Part shown: positions 1 through 10,512 of the stretch, piece after piece
Position numbering within the stretch: the stretch's first letter is position 1
Layout of the letters: each line of letters starts with the position of its first letter
DNA from: Escherichia phage 1W
Sequence record: OM475428
DNA: 49,662 nucleotides
Strand: one strand, 5' to 3'
The notes under the pieces: generated by a model
What the model saw: the letters and a program-made list of their open reading frames with translations, nothing else
Database searches by the model: none
Told to the model about the DNA's origin: nothing
Program-made: the position numbers and the translations under genes

Positions 1-2
1 AC

Positions 3-512
3 GTGGACCCGCGGACGATTGAACGCTGGCAGTCTCAGGGACTCCCTTGCGCCTCCAAAGGTAGTAAGGGCATTGAATCTGTATTTGATACTGCCATGGC
101 AATTCAGTGGTATGCGCAGAGGGAAACTGATATCGAAAACGAAAAGCTCCGCAAAGAACTGGACGATTTGCGTGCGGCAGCGGAGTCAGATTTACAACCC
201 GGCACCATTGACTATGAACGCTACCGGCTCACAAAAGCGCAGGCAGATGCGCAGGAACTGAAAAATGCCCGTGAAGACGGAGTAGTGCTGGAAACTGAAC
301 TGTTTACCTTCATTCTGCAACGTGTGGCACAGGAGATTTCGGGGATACTTGTGCGTGTGCCGTTGACATTACAGCGTAAATATCCGGACATTTCACCATC
401 ACACCTTGATGTGGTGAAAACTGAAATCGCGAAAGCCTCCAATGTTGCAGCTAAGGCCGGTGAAAACGTGGGCGGGTGGATCGATGATTTCAGACGCGCA
501 GAAGGCAGCTAA
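3..512 (+). CDS. nu1: Terminase small subunit (Nu1-like), 3' portion; the 5' end is at 49132-49168 on the circle
   Basis: Protein resembles lambda/phage 21 Nu1 with an N-terminal HTH ([12 protein letters not shown]). The true start MKVNKK is at 49132 and window 1-129 duplicates 49169-49297. Confidence 0.85.
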
Positions 513-2412
513 TGCAGCCGGTGCGATAGCTACAGGGCTTTTATCTCTCATTATTCCTGTTCCACTGACGACAGTTCAGTGGGCCAATAAACATTATTAC
601 CTTCCTAAAGAGTCGTCTTATACCCCGGGGCGGTGGGAAACACTGCCGTTTCAGGTTGGCATCATGAACTGTATGGGCAACGATCTGATTCGCACGGTTA
701 ACCTGATTAAATCTGCCCGTGTTGGTTATACAAAGATGTTGCTGGGAGTGGAGGCTTATTTTATTGAGCATAAATCACGCAACAGCCTTCTTTTTCAGCC
801 CACGGACTCAGCTGCTGAAGATTTTATGAAATCTCATGTTGAGCCAACGATAAGGGATGTTCCTGCATTGCTGGAGCTGGCTCCATGGTTCGGAAGAAAA
901 CACCGCGATAATACGCTCACCCTGAAGCGTTTTTCCTCCGGTGTGGGGTTCTGGTGTCTGGGTGGTGCGGCAGCAAAAAACTACCGTGAAAAATCCGTGG
1001 ATGTGGTCTGTTATGACGAGCTTTCCTCGTTCGAACCGGATGTTGAAAAAGAGGGTTCGCCAACCCTGCTGGGGGATAAACGTATTGAGGGCTCTGTATG
1101 GCCAAAATCCATTCGCGGCTCGACGCCTAAAATCAAAGGCTCCTGCCAGATCGAAAAAGCCGCTAACGAGTCGGCACACTTCATGCGTTTTTATGTGCCC
1201 TGTCCGCACTGTGGGGAGGAGCAGTATCTGAAATTTGGCGATGATGCCTCGCCTTTCGGTCTTAAGTGGGAGAAGAATAAGCCAGAAAGTGTTTTCTACC
1301 TTTGTGAGCATCATGGCTGTGTGATCCATCAGTCTGAGCTTGACCAGAGTAACGGGCGGTGGATCTGTGAAAACACGGGCATGTGGACCCGTGACGGCCT
1401 GATGTTTTTCAGCGCCCGGGGTGATGAAATTCCGCCGCCGCGCTCCATCACTTTCCATATCTGGACGGCGTACAGTCCGTTCACCACCTGGGTACAGATT
1501 GTCTATGACTGGCTGGATGCACTGAAAGATCCCAACGGCCTGAAAACCTTTGTGAACACCACGCTGGGCGAGACCTGGGAAGAGGCTGTGGGCGAAAAAC
1601 TCGATCACCAGGTGCTGATGGATAAGGTTGTGCGTTACACGGCGGCGGTGCCTGCCCGGGTGGTTTATCTGACGGCGGGCATTGACTCGCAGCGAAACCG
1701 TTTTGAGATGTATGTCTGGGGATGGGCTCCGGGAGAGGAAGCCTTTCTGGTGGATAAAATCATCATTATGGGGCGTCCCGATGAGGAAGAGACGCTGTTA
1801 CGTGTGGATGCGGCGATCAACAAAAAATACCGCCATGCAGACGGAACCGAAATGACTATTTCCCGTGTCTGCTGGGACATCGGGGGGATCGATGGCGAAA
1901 TCGTTTATCAGAGGTCAAAAAAACACGGTGTTTTCCGGGTGCTGCCGGTAAAAGGCGCATCTGTCTATGGCAAGCCGGTGATCACCATGCCAAAAACCCG
2001 CAATCAGCGGGGCGTGTATCTGTGTGAAGTGGGGACGGACACCGCAAAAGAAATTCTCTATGCCCGTATGAAAGCCGATCCCACGCCTGTGGATGAAGCC
2101 ACGTCGTATGCCATCCGTTTTCCTGATGATCCGGATATTTTTTCGCAGACAGAGGCGCAGCAACTGGTCGCGGAAGAGCTTGTGGAGAAGTGGGAAAAAG
2201 GAAAGATGCGTCTGCTGTGGGATAACAAAAAGCGGCGTAACGAAGCGCTGGACTGCCTGGTGTATGCCTACGCGGCATTACGTGTGTCCGTGCAACGCTG
2301 GCAGCTTGATCTGGCTGTACTGGCAAAATCCCGGGAAGAAGAGACGACCCGGCCAACCCTTAAAGAACTGGCAGCGAAGCTGTCCGGAGGAGTGAATGGT
2401 TACAGTCGCTGA
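484..2412 (+). CDS. A: Terminase large subunit (gpA)
   Basis: Long ORF collinear with lambda gpA from recall (conserved blocks such as [23 protein letters not shown]). Start chosen at MISDAQ, overlapping the Nu1 end as in lambda. Confidence 0.9.
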
Positions 2413-2602
2413 ACTGCAGGCGCTGCGTCAGGCGCGCCTTGATTTATTAACCGGTAAACGGGTGGTGTCTGTCCAGAAAGATGGTCGCAGAATTGAATAT
2501 ACGGCGGCTTCTCTGGATGAGCTTAACCGGGCGATCAATGATGCGGAGTCGGTACTGGGGACAACCCGGTGTCGCCGTCGTCCGCTGGGAGTGAGGTTAT
2601 GA
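2396..2602 (+). CDS. W: Head-tail joining protein W
   Basis: 68 aa, same length and motif (LTGKRVxxVQKDGRR) as lambda gpW; overlaps the A stop. Confidence 0.85.
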   Translation: MVTVAELQALRQARLDLLTGKRVVSVQKDGRRIEYTAASLDELNRAINDAESVLGTTRCRRRPLGVRL

Positions 2603-4191
2603 AACGAACGCCTGTCCTGATTGATGTGAACGGCGTTCCGCTTCGTGAGAGTCTCAGCTACAACGGGGGCGGTGCAGGATTTGGCGGGCAAATGGCTGAG
2701 TGGTTGCCACCGGCGCAGAGTGCCGATGCGGCCCTGCTGCCCGCGTTGCGTCTGGGGAATGCCCGGGCAGATGATCTGGTGCGCAATAACGGAATAGCGG
2801 CTAATGCGGTGGCTCTGCATAAGGATCACATTGTCGGGCATATGTTTCTGATCAGCTACCGTCCGAACTGGCGCTGGCTGGGGATGCGGGAGACCGCAGC
2901 AAAAAGCTTTGTCGATGAGGTGGAGGCGGCCTGGTCGGAATACGCCGAAGGGATGTTTGGCGAGATCGACGTGGAAGGAAAACGCACGTTCACGGAATTT
3001 ATCCGTGAAGGTGTGGGCGTTCATGCGTTTAACGGCGAAATCTTTGTGCAGCCGGTCTGGGATACGGAAACCACGCAGTTATTCCGTACGCGTTTTAAAG
3101 CCGTGAGTCCGAAACGGGTGGACACGCCTGGACACGGTATGGGGAACCCTTTTCTGCGGGCCGGTGTGGAGGTCGATCGATATGGCCGTGCCGTCGCGTA
3201 CCATATCTGTGAGGATGATTTTCCGTTCTCTGGTAGTGGACGATGGGAACGGATCCCGCGTGAACTTCCCACCGGGCGTCCGGCCATGTTGCATATTTTC
3301 GAGCCGGTGGAGGACGGGCAGACCCGTGGGGCTAATCAGTTTTACAGCGTCATGGAACGGCTGAAGATGCTCGATTCCCTGCAGGCAACACAGCTTCAGT
3401 CGGCCATAGTGAAGGCGATGTATGCAGCGACGATTGAAAGTGAACTTGATACCGAAAAGGCCTTTGAATATATCGCCGGCGCGCCACAGGAGCAGAAGGA
3501 TAATCCGCTTATTAATATTCTGGAGAAGTTTTCCAGCTGGTATGACACGAATAACGTGACACTGGGCGGTGTCAAAATTCCGCACCTTTTCCCTGGTGAT
3601 GATCTGAAACTACAGACTGCGCAGGATTCAGACAATGGATTTTCTGCGCTTGAACAGGCGCTGCTGCGGTATATCGCCGCCGGTCTTGGCGTTTCCTACG
3701 AACAGTTGTCCCGTGATTACTCGAAGGTCAGTTACTCAAGTGCCCGCGCCTCCGCCAATGAGTCGTGGCGCTATTTTATGGGGCGGCGAAAATTTATTGC
3801 GGCCCGGCTGGCCACGCAGATGTTTTCCTGCTGGCTGGAAGAGGCACTTCTTCGGGGGATTATTCGTCCGCCACGGGCACGTTTTGATTTTTATCAGGCG
3901 CGATCAGCCTGGTCACGGGCAGAGTGGATTGGTGCCGGAAGAATGGCCATTGACGGGCTCAAGGAAGTCCAGGAATCAGTGATGCGCATTGAGGCCGGAC
4001 TGAGCACGTATGAGAAAGAGCTGGCGCTGATGGGCGAGGATTATCAGGACATTTTCCGCCAGCAGGTCAGGGAATCTGCTGAGCGGCAAAAAGCCGGACT
4101 CTCACGTCCGGTGTGGATAGCGCAGGCGTATCAGCAGCAGATAGCGGAGAGTCGTAGGCCGGAAGAGGAGACAACACCACGTGAGACGTAA
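2599..4191 (+). CDS. B: Portal protein (gpB)
   Basis: About 530 aa with strong similarity to lambda gpB from recall (NGGGAGFGGQ, FEPVEDGQTRGAN, MAIDGLKEVQE). Start MKRTPV chosen within the listed ORF. Confidence 0.9.
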   Translation: MKRTPVLIDVNGVPLRESLSYNGGGAGFGGQMAEWLPPAQSADAALLPALRLGNARADDLVRNNGIAANAVALHKDHIVGHMFLISYRPNWRWLGMRETAAKSFVDEVEAAWSEYAEGMFGEIDVEGKRTFTEFIREGVGVHAFNGEIFVQPVWDTETTQLFRTRFKAVSPKRVDTPGHGMGNPFLRAGVEVDRYGRAVAYHICEDDFPFSGSGRWERIPRELPTGRPAMLHIFEPVEDGQTRGANQFYSVMERLKMLDSLQATQLQSAIVKAMYAATIESELDTEKAFEYIAGAPQEQKDNPLINILEKFSSWYDTNNVTLGGVKIPHLFPGDDLKLQTAQDSDNGFSALEQALLRYIAAGLGVSYEQLSRDYSKVSYSSARASANESWRYFMGRRKFIAARLATQMFSCWLEEALLRGIIRPPRARFDFYQARSAWSRAEWIGAGRMAIDGLKEVQESVMRIEAGLSTYEKELALMGEDYQDIFRQQVRESAERQKAGLSRPVWIAQAYQQQIAESRRPEEETTPRET

Positions 4192-5686
4192 TCTTTCACA
4201 CATTATTGCCGCAGCATTCAATGAACCGCTGCTTCTGGAGCCCGCCTATGCGCGGGTTTTCTTTTGCGCGCTCGGGCGCGAGATGGGGGCAGCAAGTCTT
4301 TCGGTACCACAACAGCAGGTACAGTTTGATGCTCTCGGAATGCTGGCTGAAACGGACGAGTACATGGCCGGAGGTAAACGACCGGCCCGTGTTTACAGGG
4401 TGGTGAACGGTATTGCTGTACTGCCGGTGACCGGCACGCTGGTGCACCGGCTGGGTGGTATGCGGCCATTTTCCGGAATGACAGGCTATGACGGTATTGT
4501 CGCCTGTCTTCAGCAGGCAATGGCGGATAGCCAGGTGCGGGGCGTACTGCTGGACATTGACAGTCCGGGCGGGCAGGCCGCCGGCGCGTTTGACTGCGCT
4601 GACATGATTTACCGCCTCCGTCAGCAGAAGCCGGTCTGGGCACTGTGCAATGACACGGCCTGTTCTGCAGCCATGCTGCTGGCGTCGGCCTGCTCCCGAC
4701 GGCTGGTTACCCAGACATCCCGTATCGGTTCCATTGGCGTGATGATGAGCCATGTCAGCTATGCCGGTCATCTGGCGCAGGCCGGTGTGGATATCACGCT
4801 GATTTACTCAGGGGCGCACAAGGTGGATGGCAATCAGTTTGAAGCGTTGCCGGCAGAGGTTCGCCAGGACATGCAGCAGCGGATTGATGCGGCGCGCCGG
4901 ATGTTTGCCGAAAAAGTGGCGATGTTTACCGGTCTGTCTGTTGATGCAGTCACAGGAACAGAGGCCGCTGTTTTTGAAGGTCAGTCCGGCATTGAGGCCG
5001 GGCTGGCGGATGAATTAATCAATGCGTCGGATGCCATCAGTGTGATGGCCACGGCGCTGAACAGTAATGTCAGAGGAGGCACTATGCCGCAATTAACTGC
5101 AACGGAAGCCGCCGCGCAGGAGAACCAGCGAGTGATGGGGATCCTGACATGCCAGGAAGCGAAAGGACGTGAACAGCTTGCCACGATGCTGGCAGGACAA
5201 CAGGGCATGAGCGTTGAACAGGCCCGGGCGATTCTGGCCGCGGCGGCACCGCAGCAGCCGGTGGCATCCACGCAGAGTGAAGCCGATCGCATTATGGCGT
5301 GTGAAGAAGCGAACGGTCGTGAACAACTGGCGGCAACGCTGGCGGCGATGCCGGAGATGACGGTGGAAAAAGCCCGCCCGATCCTGGCTGCTTCACCGCA
5401 GGCGGATGCCGGACCATCACTCCGTGATCAGATCATGGCACTGGATGAGGCAAAAGGGGCTGAGGTGCAGGCTGAACAGCTGGCTGCCTGCCCGGGAATG
5501 ACTGTGGAGTGCGCCCGGGCTGTGCTGGCTGCGGGATCAGGTAAGGCAGAACCGGTCTCTGCATCCACAACCGCCATGTTTGAACATTTCATGGCGAACC
5601 ATTCACCGGCAGCGGTACAGGGTGGCGTGCCACAGACGTCAGCAGACGGTGATGCGGACGTGAAAATGCTCATGGCCATGCCATGA
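4181..5686 (+). CDS. C: Head maturation protease / scaffold (gpC with nested Nu3-like C-terminal region)
   Basis: N-terminal two thirds match lambda gpC (ClpP/S49-like; AFNEPLLLEPAYARVFF, VWALCNDTACSAA). GTG start overlaps the B stop. C-terminus carries three tandem copies of an approximately 45-aa motif. Confidence 0.85.
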   Translation: MRRNLSHIIAAAFNEPLLLEPAYARVFFCALGREMGAASLSVPQQQVQFDALGMLAETDEYMAGGKRPARVYRVVNGIAVLPVTGTLVHRLGGMRPFSGMTGYDGIVACLQQAMADSQVRGVLLDIDSPGGQAAGAFDCADMIYRLRQQKPVWALCNDTACSAAMLLASACSRRLVTQTSRIGSIGVMMSHVSYAGHLAQAGVDITLIYSGAHKVDGNQFEALPAEVRQDMQQRIDAARRMFAEKVAMFTGLSVDAVTGTEAAVFEGQSGIEAGLADELINASDAISVMATALNSNVRGGTMPQLTATEAAAQENQRVMGILTCQEAKGREQLATMLAGQQGMSVEQARAILAAAAPQQPVASTQSEADRIMACEEANGREQLAATLAAMPEMTVEKARPILAASPQADAGPSLRDQIMALDEAKGAEVQAEQLAACPGMTVECARAVLAAGSGKAEPVSASTTAMFEHFMANHSPAAVQGGVPQTSADGDADVKMLMAMP

Positions 5687-5722
5687 AGCCAGTGCTGACC
5701 ATCAATAGGAGGTTTTAACAAT

Positions 5723-6070
5723 ATGGTGACGAAAACCATCACTGAACAGCGTGCGGAAGTACGTATTTTTGCCGGTAATGATCCGGCTCATACCGCCACA
5801 GGCAGCAGCGGGATTTCTTCTGCAACACCGGCTCTGACGCCCCTGATGCTGGATGAAGCCACCGGGAAACTGGTGGTCTGGGACGGACAGAAAGCCGGTA
5901 GTGCGGTTGGCATACTGGTACTGCCGCTTGAAGGCACAGAGACGGCGCTGACGTATTACAAGTCGGGAACCTTTGCGACGGAGGCAATCCACTGGCCTGA
6001 AAGTGTGGATGAACACAAAAAGGCCAACGCCTTTGCTGGCAGTGCCCTGAGTCACGCGGCGCTGCCGTAA
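5723..6070 (+). CDS. D: Head decoration protein (gpD)
   Basis: 115 aa; similarity to lambda gpD (DPAHTAT, TPLMLD, YYKSGTF, AFAG) from recall. Confidence 0.85.
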   Translation: MVTKTITEQRAEVRIFAGNDPAHTATGSSGISSATPALTPLMLDEATGKLVVWDGQKAGSAVGILVLPLEGTETALTYYKSGTFATEAIHWPESVDEHKKANAFAGSALSHAALP

Positions 6071-6127
6071 CACGTTATCAGGCCACCGCGCTGGCCTGAC
6101 TGATTTCTGAATGAAAGGAACTGATTT

Positions 6128-7156
6128 ATGGGATTGTTTACGACCCGCCAGTTACTCGGTTATACCGAACAAAAAGTTAAATTTCGTGCGCTGTTTCTGG
6201 AACTGTTTTTCCGCCGTACGGTGAATTTCCATACCGAAGAGGTGATGCTGGACAAAATTACCGGAAAAACGCCGGTGGCGGCCTATGTCTCCCCGGTTGT
6301 TGAAGGAAAAGTGCTGCGTCATCGTGGTGGTGAAACCCGCGTGTTGCGTCCGGGCTACGTCAAGCCGAAACACGAATTTAATTACCAGCAGGCGGTTGAG
6401 CGCCTTCCTGGTGAAGATCCATCTCAACTGAATGATCCGGCTTACCGCCGTCTGCGTATCATTACCGATAACCTCAAACAGGAAGAGCACGCGATTGTCC
6501 AGGTGGAAGAAATGCAGGCGGTAAATGCTGTGTTGTATGGCAAATACACCATGGAAGGAGACCAGTTCGAGAAAATTGAGGTCGATTTTGGCAGGTCGAC
6601 GAAGAATAACATCACTCAGGGTAGTGGTAAGGAGTGGTCAAAACAGGATCGTGACACGTTCGATCCTACACATGATATTGACCTCTACTGCGACCAGGCC
6701 AGCGGTCTTGTGAATATTGCCATTATGGACGGTACCGTCTGGCGTCTTCTGAATGGTTTTAAGCTGTTCCGCGAAAAACTGGATACCCGTCGCGGTTCAA
6801 ATTCTCAACTCGAAACGGCAGTGAAAGATCTGGGCGCAGTGGTGTCCTTCAAGGGGTATTACGGCGATCTGGCCATTGTGGTGGCGAAAATGTCTTATAT
6901 AGCAGAAGACGGTATCGAAAAACGTTATCTTCCAGATGGCATGCTGGTTCTGGGGAATACTGCTGCAGATGGGATCCGTTGTTACGGTGCCATTCAGGAT
7001 GCTCAGGCGTTGTCCGAAGGTGTGGTGGCCTCTTCCCGTTATCCGAAACACTGGCTGACGGTAGGGGATCCCGCCCGTGAATTTACCATGACGCAGTCCG
7101 CGCCGCTGATGGTGTTGCCGGACCCGGATGAGTTTGTGGTGGTACAGGTGAAATAA
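6128..7156 (+). CDS. E: Major capsid protein (gpE)
   Basis: 342 aa, lambda gpE length and position; HK97-fold capsid gene after D. Confidence 0.9.
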   Translation: MGLFTTRQLLGYTEQKVKFRALFLELFFRRTVNFHTEEVMLDKITGKTPVAAYVSPVVEGKVLRHRGGETRVLRPGYVKPKHEFNYQQAVERLPGEDPSQLNDPAYRRLRIITDNLKQEEHAIVQVEEMQAVNAVLYGKYTMEGDQFEKIEVDFGRSTKNNITQGSGKEWSKQDRDTFDPTHDIDLYCDQASGLVNIAIMDGTVWRLLNGFKLFREKLDTRRGSNSQLETAVKDLGAVVSFKGYYGDLAIVVAKMSYIAEDGIEKRYLPDGMLVLGNTAADGIRCYGAIQDAQALSEGVVASSRYPKHWLTVGDPAREFTMTQSAPLMVLPDPDEFVVVQVK

Positions 7157-7161
7157 TCCGT

Positions 7162-7194
7162 GAGCGGGGGCGAAATGCCCCCGTGTCTTTTTTC
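7162..7194 (+). terminator. Intrinsic terminator/attenuator-like hairpin after the capsid gene
   Basis: GC-rich stem (gcgggggc gaaat gcccccg) followed by a T-run, just 3' of the E stop codon. Confidence 0.5.
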
Positions 7195-7207
7195 ACAGGG
7201 GGCTGAT

Positions 7208-7582
7208 ATGGCAACGAAAGAGCAAAATCTGAAACGGCTTGATGAACTGGCCCTGATTCTGGGGCGTGAGCCGGATATATCCGGGAGTGCCGCAGAGATA
7301 GCGCAGCGGGTGGCAGAATGGGAAGAGGAAATGCAGTCATCCGGCGATGATGTACAGGTTATGAATATGGATATCCGGGAGCGGGAAACCGCGGCTCATG
7401 ATGTTCGTGAGGAAACATCCGGCGCGTTAACGCGCATCAGAGTTCTGACCTGCCTCCATCTCTGTGGCGTTGATGGTGAAACGGGGGAATCCGTTGAGCT
7501 TGCGGATGTTGGTCGGGTGATTCTGATTATGTCCTCAGATGCAAAAACACACGTTGATGGTGGAATGGCTGTTTATGCGTGA
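7208..7582 (+). CDS. FI: DNA packaging protein FI
   Basis: Position and size match lambda FI; ATG at 7208 (MATKEQNLKRLDEL) preferred over the upstream alternative start in the ORF track. Confidence 0.75.
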   Translation: MATKEQNLKRLDELALILGREPDISGSAAEIAQRVAEWEEEMQSSGDDVQVMNMDIRERETAAHDVREETSGALTRIRVLTCLHLCGVDGETGESVELADVGRVILIMSSDAKTHVDGGMAVYA

Positions 7583-7928
7583 TTTTCAGAATGCCTTTGA
7601 TGCCGCCCTTGCCGGGGTGGACAGTACGATTGTTGAAGTGATGGGCATCAGTGCGCAGTTCACCTCCGGTGCACAGCGTGGCGGCGAGGTTCATGGCGTT
7701 TTTGACGATCCGGAGTCGCTGGGTTTTGCCAGTAGTGGGATCCGTATTGAAGGAAGTAACCCGTCATTATTTGTGCTTACGGATACGGTTTGTGCTGTAC
7801 GGCGTGGTGACACGCTGACCATTAACGGCGAGATGTTCTGGGTGGACCGTGTTTCTCCGGATGACGGAGGGAGTTGTTATCTCTGGCTCAACCGGGGGCA
7901 ACCACCTGCCGCCAGCCGTCGTCGCTGA
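7575..7928 (+). CDS. FII: Head-tail joining protein FII
   Basis: C-terminal region closely matches lambda FII (GDTLTIxGExFWVDRVSPDDGGSC); start at MRDFQNAFDAAL overlapping the FI stop. Confidence 0.85.
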   Translation: MRDFQNAFDAALAGVDSTIVEVMGISAQFTSGAQRGGEVHGVFDDPESLGFASSGIRIEGSNPSLFVLTDTVCAVRRGDTLTINGEMFWVDRVSPDDGGSCYLWLNRGQPPAASRRR

Positions 7929-7939
7929 AAGGGGGATGT

Positions 7940-8518
7940 ATGGCCATACAGGGTCTTGAGCAGGCCGTTGAAAACCTCAGCCGTATCAGCAAAACGGCGG
8001 TGCCCGGTGCCTCCGCAATGGCCATTAACCGCGTTGCTTCATCCGCGATATCGCAGTCTGCGTCACAGGTTGCCCGTGAGACAAAGGTACGCCGGAAACT
8101 GGTAAAGGAAAGGGCCAGGCTGAAAAGGGCCACGGTCAAAAATCCGCAGGCCAGAATCAAGGTTAACCGGGGGGATTTGCCCGTAATCAGGCTGGGTAAC
8201 GCGCGGGTTGTCCTGTCCCGACGCAGGCGTCGTAAAAAGGGGCAGCGTTCATCCCTGAAAGGTGGCGACAGCGTGCTTGTGGTGGGAAACCGTCGTATTC
8301 CCGGCGCGTTTATTCAGCAACTGAAAAATGGCCGGTGGCATGTCATGCAGCGTGTGGCCGGGAAAAAACGTTACCCCATTGATGTGGTGAAAATCCCGAT
8401 GGCAGTGCCGCTGACCACGGCGTTTAAACAGAATATTGAGCGGATACGGCGTGAACGTCTTCCGAAAGAGCTGGGCTATGCGCTGCAGCATCAACTGAGG
8501 ATGGTAATAAAGCGATGA
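7940..8518 (+). CDS. Z: Tail completion protein Z
   Basis: Near-identical to lambda gpZ from recall (MAIxGLEQAVENLSRISKTAVPGA...); start at the internal ATG at 7940. Confidence 0.9.
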   Translation: MAIQGLEQAVENLSRISKTAVPGASAMAINRVASSAISQSASQVARETKVRRKLVKERARLKRATVKNPQARIKVNRGDLPVIRLGNARVVLSRRRRRKKGQRSSLKGGDSVLVVGNRRIPGAFIQQLKNGRWHVMQRVAGKKRYPIDVVKIPMAVPLTTAFKQNIERIRRERLPKELGYALQHQLRMVIKR

Positions 8519-8910
8519 AACATACAGAACTCCGTGCAGCCGTACTGGATGCACTGGAAAAACATGACACCGGGGCGACGCTTTTTGATGGTCGCCCCGC
8601 TGTTTTTGATGAGGAGGATTTTCCGGCAGTTGCCGTTTATCTCACCGGCGCTGAATACACGGGCGAAGAGCTGGACAGCGATACCTGGCAGGCGGAGCTG
8701 CATATTGAAGTTTTCCTGCCTGCTCAGGTGCCGGATTCAGAGCTGGATTCGTGGATGGAGTCCCGGATTTATCCGGTGATGAGCGATGTCCCGGCACTGT
8801 CAGATTTGATCACCAGTATGGTGGCCAGTGGCTATGACTACCGGCGCGACGATGATGCGGGCCTGTGGAGTTCAGCCGATCTGACTTATGTCATTACCTA
8901 TGAAATGTGA
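8515..8910 (+). CDS. U: Tail terminator protein U
   Basis: 131 aa; near-identical to lambda gpU from recall ([43 protein letters not shown]). Confidence 0.9.
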   Translation: MKHTELRAAVLDALEKHDTGATLFDGRPAVFDEEDFPAVAVYLTGAEYTGEELDSDTWQAELHIEVFLPAQVPDSELDSWMESRIYPVMSDVPALSDLITSMVASGYDYRRDDDAGLWSSADLTYVITYEM

Positions 8911-8917
8911 GGACGAT

Positions 8918-9658
8918 ATGCCTGTACCAAATCCAGTAATGCCGGTGAAAGGGGCCGGGACCACACTGTGGGTTTATAAGGGGAACGGTGACCCTTATGC
9001 GAACCCGCTTTCAGACGTTGACTGGTCGCGTCTGGCTAAAGTTAAAGACCTGACGCCCGGCGAACTGACCGCTGAGTCCTATGACGACAGCTATCTCGAT
9101 GATGAAGATGCGGACTGGACTGCGACCAGGCAGGGGCAGAAATCTGCCGGAGATACCAGCTTCACGCTGGCGTGGATGCCCGGAGAGCAGGGGCAGCAGG
9201 CGCTGCTGGCGTGGTTTAATGAAGGGGATACCCGTGCCTATAAAATCCGCTTCCCGAACGGCACGGTCGATGTGTTCCGCGGCTGGGTCAGCAGTATCGG
9301 TAAGGCGGTGACGGCGAAGGAAGTGATCACCCGCACGGTGAAAGTCACCAACGTGGGACGTCCGTCGATGGCAGAAGATCGCAGCACGGTGACGGCGACA
9401 ACCGGCATGACGGTGACACCCGCCAGTGCTTCCGTAGTGAAAGGGCAGAGCACTACGCTGACCGTGGCATTCCAGCCGGAGGGCGCAACCGACAAGAGCT
9501 TCCGTGCGGTGTCTGCGGATAAAACAAAAGCCACCGTGTCGGTCAGCGGTATGACCATCACCGTGAACGGCGTTGCTGCAGGCAAGGTCAACATTCCGGT
9601 TGTATCCGGTAATGGTGAGTTTGCTGCGGTTGCAGAAATCACCGTCACCGCCAGTTAA
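8918..9658 (+). CDS. V: Major tail tube protein V with C-terminal Ig-like domain
   Basis: Matches lambda gpV ([22 protein letters not shown]); the C-terminal region resembles the Ig-like (Big_2) extension. Confidence 0.9.
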   Translation: MPVPNPVMPVKGAGTTLWVYKGNGDPYANPLSDVDWSRLAKVKDLTPGELTAESYDDSYLDDEDADWTATRQGQKSAGDTSFTLAWMPGEQGQQALLAWFNEGDTRAYKIRFPNGTVDVFRGWVSSIGKAVTAKEVITRTVKVTNVGRPSMAEDRSTVTATTGMTVTPASASVVKGQSTTLTVAFQPEGATDKSFRAVSADKTKATVSVSGMTITVNGVAAGKVNIPVVSGNGEFAAVAEITVTAS

Positions 9659-9673
9659 TCCGGAGAGTCAGCG

Positions 9674-10096
9674 ATGTTCCTGAAAACCGAATCATTTGAA
9701 TATAACGGCGTGACCGTCACGCTTTCTGAACTGTCAGCCCTGCAGCGTATTGAGCATCTCGCCCTGATGAAACGGCAGGCAGAACAGGCGGAGTCAGACA
9801 GCAACCGGAAGTTTACTGTGGAAGACGCCATCAGAACCGGCGCGTTTCTGGTGGCGATGTCCCTGTGGCATAACCATCCGAAGAAGACGCAGATGCCGTC
9901 CATGAATGAAGCCGTTAAACAGATTGAGCAGGAAGTGCTTACCACCTGGCCCACAGAGGCAATTTCTCATGCTGAAAACGTGGTGTACCGGCTGTCCGGT
10001 ATGTATGAGTTTGTGGTGAATAATGCCCCCGAACAGGCAGAGGACGCCGGGCCTGCAGAGCCTGTTTCTGCGGGAAAGTGTTCGACGGTGAGCTGA
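9674..10096 (+). CDS. G: Tail assembly chaperone G
   Basis: 140 aa; near-identical to lambda gpG from recall. Confidence 0.9.
   Translation: MFLKTESFEYNGVTVTLSELSALQRIEHLALMKRQAEQAESDSNRKFTVEDAIRTGAFLVAMSLWHNHPKKTQMPSMNEAVKQIEQEVLTTWPTEAISHAENVVYRLSGMYEFVVNNAPEQAEDAGPAEPVSAGKCSTVS
10072..10078 (+). promoter_or_regulatory. Programmed -1 ribosomal frameshift slippery heptamer G GGA AAG (G to G-T fusion)
   Basis: Exact GGGAAAG heptamer in the G zero frame (S-A-G-K); the -1 frame continues as GKVFDGELSFAL into the T ORF. Confidence 0.85.
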
Positions 10097-10512
10097 GTTT
10101 TGCCCTGAAACTGGCGCGTGAGATGGGGCGACCCGACTGGCGCGCCATGCTTGCCGGGATGTCATCCACGGAGTATGCCGACTGGCACCGCTTTTACAGT
10201 ACCCATTATTTTCATGATGTTCTGCTGGATATGCACTTTTCCGGGCTGACGTACACCGTGCTCAGCCTGTTTTTCAGCGATCCGGATATGCATCCGCTGG
10301 ATTTCAGTCTGCTGAACCGGTGTGAGGCTGACGAAGAGCCTGAAGGTGATGTGCTGATGCAGAAAGCGGCAGGGCTTGCCGGAGGTGTTCGTTTTGGTCC
10401 GGACGGGAATGAAGTTATCCCCGCCTCCCCGGATGTGGCGGACATGACGGAGGATGACGTAATGCTGATGACAGTATCAGAAGGGATCGCAGGAGGAGTC
10501 CGGTATGGCTGA
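10078..10512 (+). CDS. T: Tail assembly chaperone T segment, expressed as a G-T fusion by -1 frameshift
   Basis: ORF in the -1 frame relative to G with no convincing independent start; standard lambda G/G-T arrangement. Confidence 0.85.
   Translation: MFDGELSFALKLAREMGRPDWRAMLAGMSSTEYADWHRFYSTHYFHDVLLDMHFSGLTYTVLSLFFSDPDMHPLDFSLLNRCEADEEPEGDVLMQKAAGLAGGVRFGPDGNEVIPASPDVADMTEDDVMLMTVSEGIAGGVRYG

Noticed and set aside
1-129. Apparent direct repeat of the window start at 49169-49297
   Set aside because: It is assembly overlap of a circular contig (the same Nu1 5' region), not a biological terminal repeat.
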